Assembly: GCA_963777605.1 (NCBI GenBank)
Contig: CAVZRV010000008.1
Location: 256,001 to 320,000 of the forward strand
Source: an uncultured Acidobacteriota bacterium
GTDB taxonomy: Bacteria > Acidobacteriota > UBA6911 > RPQK01 > JAPXNP01
DNA: 64,000 bases
Reading direction: 5' to 3'
Both the position numbers and the translations under genes were made by a program. Shown here piece by piece: positions 41,304 to 53,190 of this stretch. The notes beneath the pieces were generated by a model, which was not told where the DNA came from, did no database searches, and saw only the letters and a program-made list of their open reading frames with translations. The stretch's first letter is position 1. Each line of letters starts with the position of its first letter.

Positions 41304-44300
41304 CCCGACCGTCGGGGGAACGAGGCCCCTCGAAGATTTCACGCTCTCGGGCAGTTCGGCAAAGGTGTGCTCCCCTCCACCGGAGACCAGGCCCGCAGTT
41401 GTAGACAACTCAACTGCTGGAAGTAACTTCACGGTTTTTGGCAACTCCGCGACTGGAGGAAATCACAGGACTGAAGACGCCTCCGCGAAGAGCGGAAGCT
41501 CCGTCCCTCCGCTTCCGCACTCCAAAGCAAATCGTAAATCTTTCATCGAGTTGCACGCCTGCAGCGCCTTCAGTTTCCTGGAAGGGGCCTCCACTCCGGA
41601 AGCCCTGGCCCAGGAAGCGGCCCGGCTCGGCTACCCCGCCCTGGCCCTGCTCGACCGCAACGGGGTCTACGGAGCCCCGCGCTTTTACCGGGCCTGTCGC
41701 GAGGTGGGGGTCCGCCCGATTGTCGGGGCCGAAGTCAGTCTGCCGGAAGGGCGACTGGCGCTTCTCGTGGAGTCCCAGGCCGGCTACAAGAACCTGTGCC
41801 GGTTGATCACCAACCTGCAGCTCCGCTCGGAGAAGGGAACCGGCGCACCAGCCTCGAAGAGATCTCCGGTTTCACCGAAGGGCTGGTCTGCCTGACCGCC
41901 GGCGGAAACGGAGCCCTGGCTCAACTCATGAAAGCAGACTCGAAGCGGGCCAGGCCTTTTCCTGGAAAAGCTCAAACAGTGCTGGGGCCGGGAAAGAGTC
42001 TTCGTTGAACTGCAGCGCCACTTCTGCCGGGAACAGGAGAAGTTGAACCAGGGCCTCGCCGGCCTGTCCGAGGCAGTCGGCCTGCCGCTTCTGGCCACCA
42101 ACGGCGTCCGCCATGCCAGGGTTTCGGGGCGGATCCTCCACGACATCCTGACCTGTATTCAGCACAAGACCAACCTGGATCGAGCCGGGTGCCTGCTGAA
42201 CCGGAACGCGGAGCGCCACCTCAAGGCCCCTTCCGAAATGGCCGACCTTTTCTCGGACTGCCCCCGGGCCGTGGCCAACACCCTGGAACTTGCTGAGCGA
42301 CTCGATTTTACCCTGCAGGATTTGGGTTACCGGTTCCCCTTTTACCCAACGCCCAACGGCGAAAGCATGCACCGGTACCTGCGCGCGGTCACCCATGCAG
42401 GAGCCCGGGAGCGCTACCGTCCCTATCACGAGAAAGCCCGCCGCCAGATCGAGTACGAACTCGCGATGATCGAGAAACTCGGCCTGGCCGGCTACTTCCT
42501 CATCGTCTGGGACATCGTCCAGTTTTGCCGGCGGAACGGGATCCTCGCCCAGGGACGCGGATCGGCGGCCAACAGTGCGGTTTGTTACAGCCTGGGCATC
42601 ACCGCGGTTGACCCGGTGGGGATGGAACTCCTCTTCGAACGCTTCCTCTCCGAAGAACGGGGAGAGTGGCCCGACATCGACCTGGACCTGCCCAGCGGAG
42701 ACCAGCGGGAGCAGGTGATCCAGTACGTCTACGAACGCTATGGCCGTCGCGGAGCGGCCATGACCGCCAATGTGATCACGTACCGGGCACGCAGTGCGGC
42801 TCGTGAAGTGGGCAAGAGCTTCGGGTTCCCCGGAGACGTGGTGGATCGCCTGTCGAAACTGCTCGTCTCCTGGGGAGAATCCGACCTCGACAACGACCGG
42901 GATCTGCTCGAGCGCTGCCGAAAAGCCGGCCTCGACCCGTCTGTCCGACGGGTCCGGCAATTCGCCCGGCTCTGGAGAGAGATTCAGGACCTGCCCCGCC
43001 ATCTCGGCCAGCACAGCGGGGGGATGATCATCAGCCAGTCCCAACTGGACTCGGTGGTCCCGCTCGAAAACGCCAGCATGCCGGGGCGCACCGTCGTTCA
43101 GTGGGACAAGGACGACTGCGCCAACCTGGGCATCATCAAGGTCGATCTCCTGGGGTTGGGGATGATGGCCGTTATTCACGAAGCGCTGGAATCGATTCGC
43201 GGCCGGAAGATCCCGATCGATCTTGCCCACCTGCCGCAGGACGATCCCAAGGTCTACGACCTGCTGCAGAAGGCCGACACCGTGGGAGTTTTCCAGGTGG
43301 AAAGCCGCGCCCAGATGGCGACGTTGCCCCGGCTCAAGCCGAAGCGGTTCTATGACCTGGTCGTGGAGGTGGCCATCATCCGTCCCGGGCCGATCGTGGG
43401 GGAAATGGTCCACCCCTACCTGCGACGTCGGGAAGGCCTCGAACCGGTGACCTATCCCCACCCGTCACTGGAGCCGATTCTCAAGCGGACCCTCGGAGTT
43501 CCCCTCTTCCAGGAACAGCTGCTCCGTATCGCCATGGTCGCAGCCGGGTTCACCGGGGGCGAAGCCGAGGAATTGAGGCGGGCACTGGGATTCAAGCGGC
43601 CGGATGACGCCATGCGGAAAATCGAAGACAAGCTGCGCAGGGGGCTCGAACGCAACGGGATCACCGAGGAGAAATCAGGCCTGATCATCAAGTACATCAC
43701 TTCTTTCGCGCTCTACGGGTTTCCCGAATCCCACGCCGCCAGTTTCGCCTTACTGGCTTATGCCAGCGCCTACCTCAAGACCCACTTCCCGGCCGATTTC
43801 TATTCGGCGCTGCTCAACAACCAGCCCATGGGTTTTTATCATCCCGCCACCCTGGTCAAGGATGCCCAGCACCGGGGTCAGCGCGTCCGTCCCGTGGACA
43901 TTCAGAAGTCGGGCTGGCGCTGCACGATCGAAGCGGACGGCTCGATCCGGCTGGGGCTGATGTACGCCCGGGGTCTGCGCAAGGAAAAAGGCGAACGGAT
44001 CGAGGATGAACGTCGGCGGCACAGGTTTACCTCGATCGAGGACCTCCAGCAGCGGGTCCGCCTGTCCCGTGGCGAAATCACCACGCTGGCCCGAGTCGGA
44101 GCCCTGAATTCCTTCGGCATGCGACGGCGGGAGGCGCTCTGGCAGGTTGAAAGCGCCGGCCGCTCGGCCGGGCCGCTGCTGGACCATCTTCCCGAGGAAT
44201 TCACGGCTTCTCCATTGAAGGATATGAACCCGACCGAACGCATGGTTTCTGATTACAACGGGACCGGCATTACCATCGGGCCTCACCCCATGGCACTCAA

Positions 44301-44640
44301 ACGGGAATCGTTGAAGCGCATGCGGGTGGTTCCTGCCGTCAACCTGAATTCCGTTCGGGACGGCCACCGGGTCCGGGTCGCGGGAACGGTGATTGTCCGG
44401 CAGCGGCCGATGACGGCGAAGGGATTTCTTTTCCTCAGCCTGGAAGATGAAACCGGAATCTCGAACATCATCGTTCGCCCGCAGATGTTCGATCGCGACC
44501 GTCTCGCCCTCATGAACTCGTCGTTCCTGGTCATCGACGGGGTCCTGCAGAAGCAGAGCGGCGTCCTCTCGGTCCGGGCCGAACGCATCCGGCCTCTGGA
44601 AGTCATTGAGACAGGCCCGGCATCGCACGACTTCCACTGA
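41296..44640 (+). CDS. dnaE2: Error-prone DNA polymerase DnaE2 (ImuC) with two compensating frameshifts (~41845, ~41960)
   Basis: PHP domain FIELHACSAFSFLEGAS, GRGSAANS, PDIDLD, PRHLGQHSGG, YGFPESHAASF, C-terminal SHDFH; segment 41846-41960 reads SLEEISGFTEGLVCLTAG in the alternative frame. Confidence 0.9.
41490..41527. repeat. REP-like hairpin (GCGGAAGC...GCTTCCGCACTCCAAA) inside the dnaE2 N-terminal extension
   Basis: gcggaagc (41492-41499) pairs with gcttccgc (41511-41518), followed by actccaaag. Confidence 0.55.
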
Positions 44641-44705
44641 TGAAGTTCCGAATATCGAACATCCGAGACCAACGGCAATTGGAGTACTGAGTTACTCTAT
44701 AAGTT

Positions 44706-46685
44706 ATGGATTCAAGACGAGTCGTGATTTCGAACATCCGCCCCCAAATCGAGTCGGGCCGATTCCCGGTCAAGAGGGTGACCGGGGATACGGTTCTCGT
44801 CCAGGCCGACATCCTGTGTGACGGGCATGACGCCCTTACCGCGCAATTGCTCTACCGAAAGTCCGGCGAGGACCTCCCCTGGGAAACGGTCTTCATGACC
44901 CACCAGGGCAATGATCTTTGGACTGCGTCCTTCACTGTGTCGGACCTCGGGTTCTATGAGTACACGGTTCGAGCCTGGGTGGATCACTTCGAGACCTGGC
45001 GGAGAGACCTGCGCAAGCGGATCGAAGCCGAACAGGATATCGCAGTCGAACTGCTGGTTGGTGCACGCCATGCTGAATCGGCGGCCCAGCGGGCGGAGCG
45101 GTCAGATCGGGAACAACTCCAGGAGTTCGCCCACTTTCTCCGCACCGATGAAGATATTCAGTTGAAGATTCCGCTGGCCCTTGACGACGACCTCGCTGAA
45201 ATCATCCGCCGATATCCGTCTGAAGACCAACAGGCGGTAGCTGACCGGGAATTGAAGATTCAGGTCGACCGCCCCCGGGCATGCTTTAGCAGTTGGTACG
45301 AGTTCTTTCCCCGTTCTTTTGGAAACGATGGGCAGCACGGGACCTTTGCCGCTTGTGAGCAGGCTCTGGAGGACGTGGCGAAGATGGGCTTCGACGTCGT
45401 CTACCTCCCCCCGATCCATCCCATAGGTGAGACCAAGAGGAAAGGAAAGAACAACAGGCCCGAGTCGGAGCCGGTCGATGTCGGGAGCCCCTGGGCGATC
45501 GGGGCATCCGAAGGCGGACACAAGGCCGTTCACCCTCAACTCGGGACGCTGGAGGATTTTCGCCGGTTTGTCTCCAGAGCCGATGACCTGGGCCTTGAGG
45601 TCGCGATCGATATTGCGTTCCAGTGCTCACCGGATCATCCGTATGTCAGCGAGCATCCCGAGTGGTTTCGCTCGCTCCCGGACGGCTCTATCCGGCATGC
45701 CGAGAACCCTCCCAAGAAGTATGAAGACATCGTCCCGTTCGATTTTGAGACTGGAGCAGTCGAGGCGCTCTGGGAAGAGCTGAAGAGTGTCTTCCTGTTC
45801 TGGATTGAACAGGGAGTTCACATCTTTCGCGTCGATAATCCGCACACCAAGCCATTCCCCTTCTGGGAGTGGGTGATTGGCGAGATCCGGGCCCAACACC
45901 CGGACGTCCTTTTCCTGGCCGAAGCGTTCACTCGCCCCAAGATCATGTACCGGCTCGCCAAGTTGGGATTTTCCCAGTCCTACACTTACTTCGCCTGGCG
46001 AAACACCAAGGCGGAGCTGATCGAATACTTCACTGAGCTGACCCAGACGCAGGTTCGTGATTTCTTTCGTCCCAACGCCTGGCCGAACACTCCCGACATC
46101 CTGACCGAGTACCTTCAGACGGGCGGCCGTGCCGCTTTCATGATCCGCTTTCTGCTGGCATCCACACTTTCCGCCAACTACGGCATCTATGGTCCGGCGT
46201 TTGAATCGTGCCTTGCAACGCCACGCGAGATGGGCAGTGAAGAGTATCTCGATTCAGAGAAGTACCAGCTTCGCCAATGGGATCGGGACCAGACCGAAGG
46301 CTTTCGTGCCCTGATCGGCCGCGTCAACCAAATTCGACGGCAGAACCCACCGCTTCAGACAAACGAAACGCTGAAGTTTCACCCGGTGGACAATGAGCAA
46401 CTGCTCTGTTTCAGCAAGGGAGGCGGCTCGGCGGGTGACCTCATCCTGATGGTGGTCAATCTCGACCCCCATCACGAGCACAGCGGCTGGATCGAACTCC
46501 CGCTGGAGGAACTGGGATTCAATTCTCACGAGGCATATCAGGTTCACGACCTGATCAGCGACGCTCGTTTTCTCTGGAACGGGGCCCGCAATTACGTCCA
46601 ACTCAATCCTGGCGTGATGCCCGCGCACATCTTCAAGGTGCGTCGAAAGCTTCGCACCGAGCGAGATTTCGAGTATTTTCTCTGA
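44706..46685 (+). CDS. glgE: Alpha-1,4-glucan:maltose-1-phosphate maltosyltransferase
   Basis: WYEFFPRS, YLPPIHPIG, GSPWAIG, QCSPDHP, AENPPKKYEDI, FRVDNPHTKP, SEEYLDSEKY. Confidence 0.96.
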   Translation: MDSRRVVISNIRPQIESGRFPVKRVTGDTVLVQADILCDGHDALTAQLLYRKSGEDLPWETVFMTHQGNDLWTASFTVSDLGFYEYTVRAWVDHFETWRRDLRKRIEAEQDIAVELLVGARHAESAAQRAERSDREQLQEFAHFLRTDEDIQLKIPLALDDDLAEIIRRYPSEDQQAVADRELKIQVDRPRACFSSWYEFFPRSFGNDGQHGTFAACEQALEDVAKMGFDVVYLPPIHPIGETKRKGKNNRPESEPVDVGSPWAIGASEGGHKAVHPQLGTLEDFRRFVSRADDLGLEVAIDIAFQCSPDHPYVSEHPEWFRSLPDGSIRHAENPPKKYEDIVPFDFETGAVEALWEELKSVFLFWIEQGVHIFRVDNPHTKPFPFWEWVIGEIRAQHPDVLFLAEAFTRPKIMYRLAKLGFSQSYTYFAWRNTKAELIEYFTELTQTQVRDFFRPNAWPNTPDILTEYLQTGGRAAFMIRFLLASTLSANYGIYGPAFESCLATPREMGSEEYLDSEKYQLRQWDRDQTEGFRALIGRVNQIRRQNPPLQTNETLKFHPVDNEQLLCFSKGGGSAGDLILMVVNLDPHHEHSGWIELPLEELGFNSHEAYQVHDLISDARFLWNGARNYVQLNPGVMPAHIFKVRRKLRTERDFEYFL

Positions 46686-46704
46686 AGATCTCCGGTAGAT
46701 AATC

Positions 46705-48804
46705 ATGAACAGTGACCTGATTTACCAGATGGAGGAACTTGCGCGCCTGGTTGGCCTGCAGACGGAGTACTACGATGGGCTTGGCCAGTTCCGCAAGCCG
46801 TCCACAGATTCTGTGTTTGCCGTCCTGAAGAGTCGCTGCACCGATCTCACGGACGTCAGTGATGTGCCTGGTTGCCTTTGGGAAACTCGCAGAGAACGCG
46901 CCTGCCGTCCCTTGGAACCGGTGTCGGTGGTCTGGGAAACCGGTCCGAAGGTATTCCGGCTGAACGTTCCAGCTCGAATCGAAAACTCCACGCTGGAGTT
47001 GTCGGTCCAATTCGAGTGCGGTGGCACGACTCGAATCTCACTGTGTCCGGCGGAGTTGAACGTGAGTGGCGGCTCCGAATGGGATGGGGAGCGTTTCCAG
47101 ATAAGAGAGCTTTCAATCCCCGACGACTGGCCCCTCGGCTATCACCGCCTGCGCCTGGAAGGGGCAGGTCTCGAGTCGGAGAGCATGCTGATCTCGGCGC
47201 CCGCGCGAGCCCACCAGCCGGTGCGCACGTCCACGTGGGGCGTTTTTCTGCCAGTCTATGCTCTCCACTCCGAGGAAAGTTGGGGAGCTGGAGATTTTAC
47301 TGACTTCGCAGCCTTCATGGAGTGGGTGTCCAGCCGGGGCGGGCGCCTGATCGGGACACTCCCCCTGCTCGCAACCTATCTCGATGAGCCCTGTGCCCCC
47401 AGTCCCTATTCTCCGATCAGCCGGAGATTCTGGAGCGAATTCTACGTTGATCCCCGACGTGCTCCGAACTGGGAATCGTGTGCCGCCGCAAGAGCACTTT
47501 TTGAGTCGCCCTCCTTTCAGTCCGAGATTGGCGAACTCCGGAGCAGTCCCCAGGTCGAGTATCGGGGTCAGATGAAGCTGAAGCGGAAGATCCTTACTGT
47601 CCTGGCCGAGCACTGCCGGAGCGGTGAGTCGGGTACCCGCCAGGAATTCGAGAGTTTTGTCAGCGCCCATCCCGGCATCGCGCGCTATGCCACTTTTCGA
47701 TCTGCCGTAGAACGGCTCGGAGCCAACTGGAGGGCTTGGCCGGAACCCCAGAGAAGCGGGCAACTCAACCTAAAGGATCGAGACGACGAGAGACTTTTTT
47801 ATCACCTTTATGCCCAATGGGTGACCCAGTTGCAGGCGGAGTCACTTCTTGCGGCCGCGCGCGCGAAGGATGTCGGCCTCTATCTCGACCTGCCCCTCGG
47901 AGTCCATCCCGACGGTTTCGATGCCTGGGACGAGAGGGAGAGCTTTGCCGAGGGAGTTTCGGGGGGATCTCCTCCGGACGGTTTCTTTACCGAGGGACAG
48001 GATTGGGGCTTCCAACCCATCCACCCCGAGAAGGAGCGGAAGAAAGGTTATCGCTATTTTCGATCCGTTCTGGGCCACATGATGAAGCACTGCGACATGC
48101 TCCGGATCGATCATGCCATGAGCCTGCAGCGTCTGTTCTGGGTTCCCCTTGGACACGAGGCGAGTGACGGTGTTTATGTCTACTATCCGTCGGACGAACT
48201 CTTTGCCGTCGTTGCCCTGGAGTCAACACGGCACAATTGCACGGTTGTCGGCGAGGACCTGGGCACGGTGACCCCCGAAGTCCGCGAGCAGATGCACGAG
48301 CACGGCATCCTCCGGATGTACGTGGGTCAGTTCGAGTTCAACACCGAACAAAATCCTCCTTTCAACGCACCGATTCCGGAAATGGTGGCGGGGTTAAACA
48401 CTCACGATACTGCAACGGCGGCCGGGTTTTGGCATGGGGACGACATTGAACTGCGTCACGAACTGGGCTTGCTGGAAGGGGAGGACCTGGAAAACGAACG
48501 CCGCGGGCGAGTCTACGTGAGGGAACGCATAATGGAGCATCTCGGCATCACCGGCGACCCGCTCTCGGAAGAGGTCCAGCAGGAGGTCCTGCGCCGCTGG
48601 TTGGCTTTCCTCGGAGAGAGTGAATCCGTTCACGTGCTGGTCACGCTAGAGGATCTTTGGGGAGAGCGCCGCCCGCAGAATGTTCCTGGAACTGTGGACG
48701 AAAAGCCCAACTGGCGGGGCAAAAGCCGTTACTCATTTGAAGATTTCAGCGCCGACGACAAGGTCCTGGAGCTCCTGTCCATGATCGCCCAGTTGCGCCG
48801 CTGA
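46705..48804 (+). CDS. malQ: 4-alpha-glucanotransferase (GH77)
   Basis: WGAGDFTD, SPYSPISR, LYLDLPLG, GSPPDGF, GQDWG, LRIDHA, GEDLG, NTHD, QNVPGT..NWR. Confidence 0.95.
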   Translation: MNSDLIYQMEELARLVGLQTEYYDGLGQFRKPSTDSVFAVLKSRCTDLTDVSDVPGCLWETRRERACRPLEPVSVVWETGPKVFRLNVPARIENSTLELSVQFECGGTTRISLCPAELNVSGGSEWDGERFQIRELSIPDDWPLGYHRLRLEGAGLESESMLISAPARAHQPVRTSTWGVFLPVYALHSEESWGAGDFTDFAAFMEWVSSRGGRLIGTLPLLATYLDEPCAPSPYSPISRRFWSEFYVDPRRAPNWESCAAARALFESPSFQSEIGELRSSPQVEYRGQMKLKRKILTVLAEHCRSGESGTRQEFESFVSAHPGIARYATFRSAVERLGANWRAWPEPQRSGQLNLKDRDDERLFYHLYAQWVTQLQAESLLAAARAKDVGLYLDLPLGVHPDGFDAWDERESFAEGVSGGSPPDGFFTEGQDWGFQPIHPEKERKKGYRYFRSVLGHMMKHCDMLRIDHAMSLQRLFWVPLGHEASDGVYVYYPSDELFAVVALESTRHNCTVVGEDLGTVTPEVREQMHEHGILRMYVGQFEFNTEQNPPFNAPIPEMVAGLNTHDTATAAGFWHGDDIELRHELGLLEGEDLENERRGRVYVRERIMEHLGITGDPLSEEVQQEVLRRWLAFLGESESVHVLVTLEDLWGERRPQNVPGTVDEKPNWRGKSRYSFEDFSADDKVLELLSMIAQLRR

Positions 48805-48908
48805 GAGTACGGCCGACTCCCCTGAAATGGCAAATCGAAAATCGTGATCCCGGATCCGATTTTGCTCTTAACTTGATGATAACAACAATAAATTCTATAA
48901 ATTAGAGT

Positions 48909-50861
48909 ATGGTTAAAGCCACAACAAAGAAGCGTACCCCCGGAGCGAGAAAGCCGAAGGCAGCCTTCTCGCTCCTTTCTGATCAAGATTGTTATTTGTT
49001 CAACGAGGGCTCCCACTACCGTTTGTGGGAGAAGCTCGGCTCCCACCTCGTCAAAGTGGGGCCGAAGTCCGGCGTGTACTTTGCCGTCTGGGCACCCGAA
49101 GCCTTGGAAGTCTCGGTAATTGGAGACTTCAACGGGTGGAATCCCGCCAGCAGTCCCCTGCAGCCCAAGGGGGGCACAGGAATCTGGGAAGGGTTCGTCG
49201 AGGGGATCGGGAAAGGCACCATCTACAAGTACCACATCCGATCGAAATTTAATGACCACCAGGTCCAGAAGGCTGACCCGTACGCCGTCCACGCGGAGGT
49301 CTCTCCCAAATCGGCATCGATTGTCTGGGATTTGGATTATGAGTGGAGCGACCAGGAGTGGATGGAATCGCGGGCAAAACGAAACGCCCTCGACGCCCCA
49401 ATGAGTATCTACGAGGTTCACATGGGCTCTTGGATGCATGCTCAAGAGGATGGCGATCGGCCACTGACCTACCGGGAGATCGCTCCCAGAATGGCCGAAT
49501 ACGTGAACCGGATGGGTTTCACGCACGTCGAGTTTCTGCCCATCATGGAGCATCCCTACGGAGCCTCCTGGGGATACCAGATTACCGGGTTCTTCGCTCC
49601 GACCAGTCGCTTCGGGACGCCACAGGACTTCATGTATCTGGTGGATTACCTTCACCAAAACGGCATCGGCGTCATCCTGGATTGGGTTCCGTCCCACTTC
49701 ACTACCGATGATCACGGACTGGGGTACTTCGACGGTACCTGCCTCTACGAGCACGCCGACCCGAGACAGGGCTACCACCCCGATTGGGGCAGCTACATAT
49801 TCAACTACGGGAGAAACGAGGTAAGGGCCTTTCTAATCAGCGCGGCCTGCTACTGGCTCGATCTCTACCACATCGACGGGTTGAGGGTAGACGCCGTCGC
49901 TTCTATGCTCTACCTCGACTACTCTCGAAAGGACGGGGAATGGATCCCGAACCGGTATGGAGGAAAGGAGAACGTCGATGCTATCTCCTTCTTGCGCCAG
50001 TTCAACAACGAAGTATACCGGGCCTTCCCCGATGTCCAAACGATCGCCGAGGAATCCACTTCCTGGGGCATGGTCTCAAGGCCGACCTACCTGGGTGGGC
50101 TCGGTTTCGGTATGAAGTGGGACATGGGTTGGATGCACGACACGCTGGAGTACATGTCCAAGGACTCCATTCATCGTCGATTTCATCACAACAACCTCAC
50201 GTTTCGCATGCTGTACGCATTTCACGAGAACTTCGTTTTGCCCCTGTCTCATGACGAGGTCGTCCATGGAAAGGGGTCACTGCTGGGTAAGATGCCGGGG
50301 GATGACTGGCAAAAGTTCGCCAATCTCAGGGTGCTGTTTGGGTATATGTACGCCCAGGCAGCCAAGAAACTGCTGTTCATGGGAGGGGAATTCGGACAGT
50401 GGAACGAGTGGTATCACGAGGTCAGTCTCGACTGGCATCTGACCGAGTTGCCTCTTCACTCCGGCCTCCAGAAATGGGTTGCTGACCTGAATCGCCTCTA
50501 CCGGGAACAGCCGGCCCTGCACGAACTCGACTTCGATCCTGCAGGCTTTGACTGGATCGATTGCGGCGACGTTGACCAGAGTGTGATCAGCCTCCTGAGG
50601 AAAGGGCGCAGGGAAGAGGACGTAGTTGCCGTCGTGTGCAACTTCACACCCATTGTTCGCCAGAACTACCGGGTCGGGGTCCCGACAGGGGGATTCTGGG
50701 AGGAAATGCTGAACAGCGATGCGCAGGACTATGGTGGCAGCGGCCAGGGAAACCTCGGCGGCGTGATTGCGGCCCCGGTTCCCTTCCATGGCCGGCCATA
50801 CTCGGTCAATCTCACCCTCCCCCCACTGGGAGTGGTCTTCCTGAAGAACCGCCAGCTATAG
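48909..50861 (+). CDS. glgB: 1,4-alpha-glucan branching enzyme (GH13)
   Basis: [48 protein letters not shown]. Confidence 0.97.
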   Translation: MVKATTKKRTPGARKPKAAFSLLSDQDCYLFNEGSHYRLWEKLGSHLVKVGPKSGVYFAVWAPEALEVSVIGDFNGWNPASSPLQPKGGTGIWEGFVEGIGKGTIYKYHIRSKFNDHQVQKADPYAVHAEVSPKSASIVWDLDYEWSDQEWMESRAKRNALDAPMSIYEVHMGSWMHAQEDGDRPLTYREIAPRMAEYVNRMGFTHVEFLPIMEHPYGASWGYQITGFFAPTSRFGTPQDFMYLVDYLHQNGIGVILDWVPSHFTTDDHGLGYFDGTCLYEHADPRQGYHPDWGSYIFNYGRNEVRAFLISAACYWLDLYHIDGLRVDAVASMLYLDYSRKDGEWIPNRYGGKENVDAISFLRQFNNEVYRAFPDVQTIAEESTSWGMVSRPTYLGGLGFGMKWDMGWMHDTLEYMSKDSIHRRFHHNNLTFRMLYAFHENFVLPLSHDEVVHGKGSLLGKMPGDDWQKFANLRVLFGYMYAQAAKKLLFMGGEFGQWNEWYHEVSLDWHLTELPLHSGLQKWVADLNRLYREQPALHELDFDPAGFDWIDCGDVDQSVISLLRKGRREEDVVAVVCNFTPIVRQNYRVGVPTGGFWEEMLNSDAQDYGGSGQGNLGGVIAAPVPFHGRPYSVNLTLPPLGVVFLKNRQL

Positions 50862-51019
50862 AACATTTGTGATTTGTGGGGCGTGTTGCCCAAATCCTCT
50901 TCCCGAGATGTCAGGGTAACTTATGGGAATAGAGTAAAAGGAGGACAGATCGTGGCAGAATCTCCGTAGTCAAAGGTTCAAGTGCTAATGGAGAAATCAG
51001 TGGGATAGCGATTAAAATA

Positions 51020-52736
51020 TTAAAGAGCGTTCTGCTCTAGAGGTAAGAATGCCCCAAAAGCGCTGCCCAAGCCCGGTTCGCTTTCTACTGTGACGACGCC
51101 GCTGTGGGCGCGCACAATCCCCAGGACCACAGCCAGGCCCATACCGCGTCCGGTGAACTTGCTGGAGAAAAAAGGATCGAATAGCTTCTCCATATCCTTA
51201 TCCTCAATCCCGCAACCCGTATCAGTTACTTCCAGGCAGGCATAGGCATTGTCCTGCGGTTGCCAGTCCAAAGGGAAACGGTGTGCTGCCTTGATATCCC
51301 GGGCAAGAACCGATTTGACACTCAGGCGAATGGTACCCTCTCCCTCACCGATAGCCTCCCCGGCATTGGTGATCAGGTTGGTCAGGATCTGCGAAATCTG
51401 GTTCGTATTCGCCATGATAACCGGCCCTGGAACTGGAAGATCGGTTTCCAGCGTCACTTTTCCAGGCACAATGGCTTGAAGCATGGGCAGCGCCTTATGG
51501 CAGGCCCCTGAAAAATCCATGGGCTCATTTTTCCCGAATGATTGACCAAGGTAGGTCAACATCAGGCCGCTCATCTCGGCTGCCCTTTTGGAAGCATTCA
51601 AAGCCTCGGTGATATTAGTGTCAGGACTCGCCCCTTCGGAAAGCGCTATCATCGGACAGATCGAGATTCCCGATCACCGCCCCGAGTATGTTGTTGAAAT
51701 GATGCGCGATGGCCCCGGCCATGCGGCCCAGACTTTCAGCCTTCTGAAGCTGCCTGTTTTGAGCCTCCAGTTTTGCCTTTTCGGTTTCCGCCTGCTTGCG
51801 TTCGGAGATGTCCCGTTCGACATACAGAATGCTTTCAGGATTGCCGTTAGAATCAACCAAAATAGTGGAATTAACGTCGATATAAAACCGGCTTTTATCT
51901 TTTTTAACAGCCAGATATTCTGTCAGCCTATGATCCTTTTCACCGGCCAGAACTTTGCGAATATTGTCAATCAGTTTTTTGTGATTTGAAGGATCAATAA
52001 AACCTAAAACTGATTTTCCTAAATATTCATCTTTTTCCGCGGTAGAAAAACCATGCATTTTGACCAGTTTATCGGAAATCAGTTGTATCTTCCCATCTAA
52101 AGATAATATTCCTATTCCATCAGGTAAGAGTGATGTGATGGCTTCGATTTTTTGGTTGCTTTGCTGTAGGGCATCCCCGGTCTGCTTGCGCTCGGCAATC
52201 TCGCGCGTCAGTTCTTCATTTGTCTTTTGCAGATGGTCATTTGCCTCGGAAAGCTGCATCGTCCGTTCGGCTATCAGCTGTTCAAGAACCTGATTACGCT
52301 CCACTAACGCTTGCATTGGATAGACTTCGCCATCTTGAACCAGGTTGTAGGGAATGGAAATACTGCTGTGACAGATTTTCCAGCCTTCGGATTCTTTGCG
52401 GAAAATCAATACCAGTCGAGCTGTCTCTCGTGACAGGATATGCTCTTTGAAAGGTAGATGAATAGTAAAAAAACCGGTGGTAACGGCTATCGTATCACTC
52501 AGTGACTGGATGGCCACATCCTTGAGTTCGATACGGAGCGGATTTTTGACCTCGGTGAAGTCCTGGCGGGTAATCGCGACCCATTCTTCCCTGTCTTTAA
52601 CCAGAAAATCCCCACCTCCTGTAAAGCCGGAAAAGTCATCACTGAAACAGGTGGTGAGTTGATCGTCACGTGATGAATACATCCGCAGGTAGTCGTCAAA
52701 CAGTTGTCGTATTTCCTGATACTCGTTTACATCCAT
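51020..52736 (-). pseudogene. SnoaL/NTF2-PAS-HisKA-HATPase sensor histidine kinase, frameshifted at ~51653
   Basis: N-terminal SnoaL-like domain (FSGFTGGG, WKICHSSIS), PAS (RDISERK), H-box AHHFNNIL; HATPase (NLITNA, DTGCG, FDPFF, GRGMGL) continues in another frame after LDLS[g]MIAL. Confidence 0.8.
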
Positions 52737-52898
52737 TGATTAAGGGGCCTTTTCATCTGTCCTTCGTTTTAGTGAATGCGGGCAACCCTTTTATTACTAG
52801 ATAACTTCAATGCACTTTATCAAGAGACAGGGCAATGTCATCCTCCTGTTTCCCCCTTCTACGACTTCTGCATGAGACAAGAATATATCCCTGCCAGT

Positions 52899-53190
52899 CA
52901 CACTTGTCCAAATTAGGAATTCAGGATTGAGGGGCTGAGCCCGGCCTCGTACGATTGGGTTTGTCCAAAAGCCTGATCGAAGAGGAGGACCCAGCCCATG
53001 AACCGATTTTGCAGCATCTTCAGTCAACTTCTCCAGCTTTTTCCGCGCCTCGAGTGCCAGGAGCTGGTCCGCGAGACGAAAGCCGAGCATCACACCCGAG
53101 GATTTGCCAGCTGGACGCAGTTCGTCGCCATGCTGTTCTGCCAACCGGGCCGCGCCCACAGGTTGAGAGAAATCTGTGGAGGTCTGGACA
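52899..53190 (+). mobile_element. IS4-family transposase N-terminal fragment (DUF4372 type) with putative left end
   Basis: 52998: MNRFCSIFSQLLQLFPR...RGFASWTQFVAMLFCQ...LREICGGL, then similarity is lost; cacacttgtccaaattag is a candidate terminal repeat; AGGAGG RBS. Confidence 0.8.

Noticed and set aside
41893-41895. In-frame TGA in dnaE2 as selenocysteine or readthrough
   Set aside because: The homologous sequence lies in another frame across this stretch, so frameshifts explain it, not recoding.
52797-53159. 120-aa minus-strand ORF over the IS remnant
   Set aside because: It is the antisense shadow of the IS4 transposase fragment.
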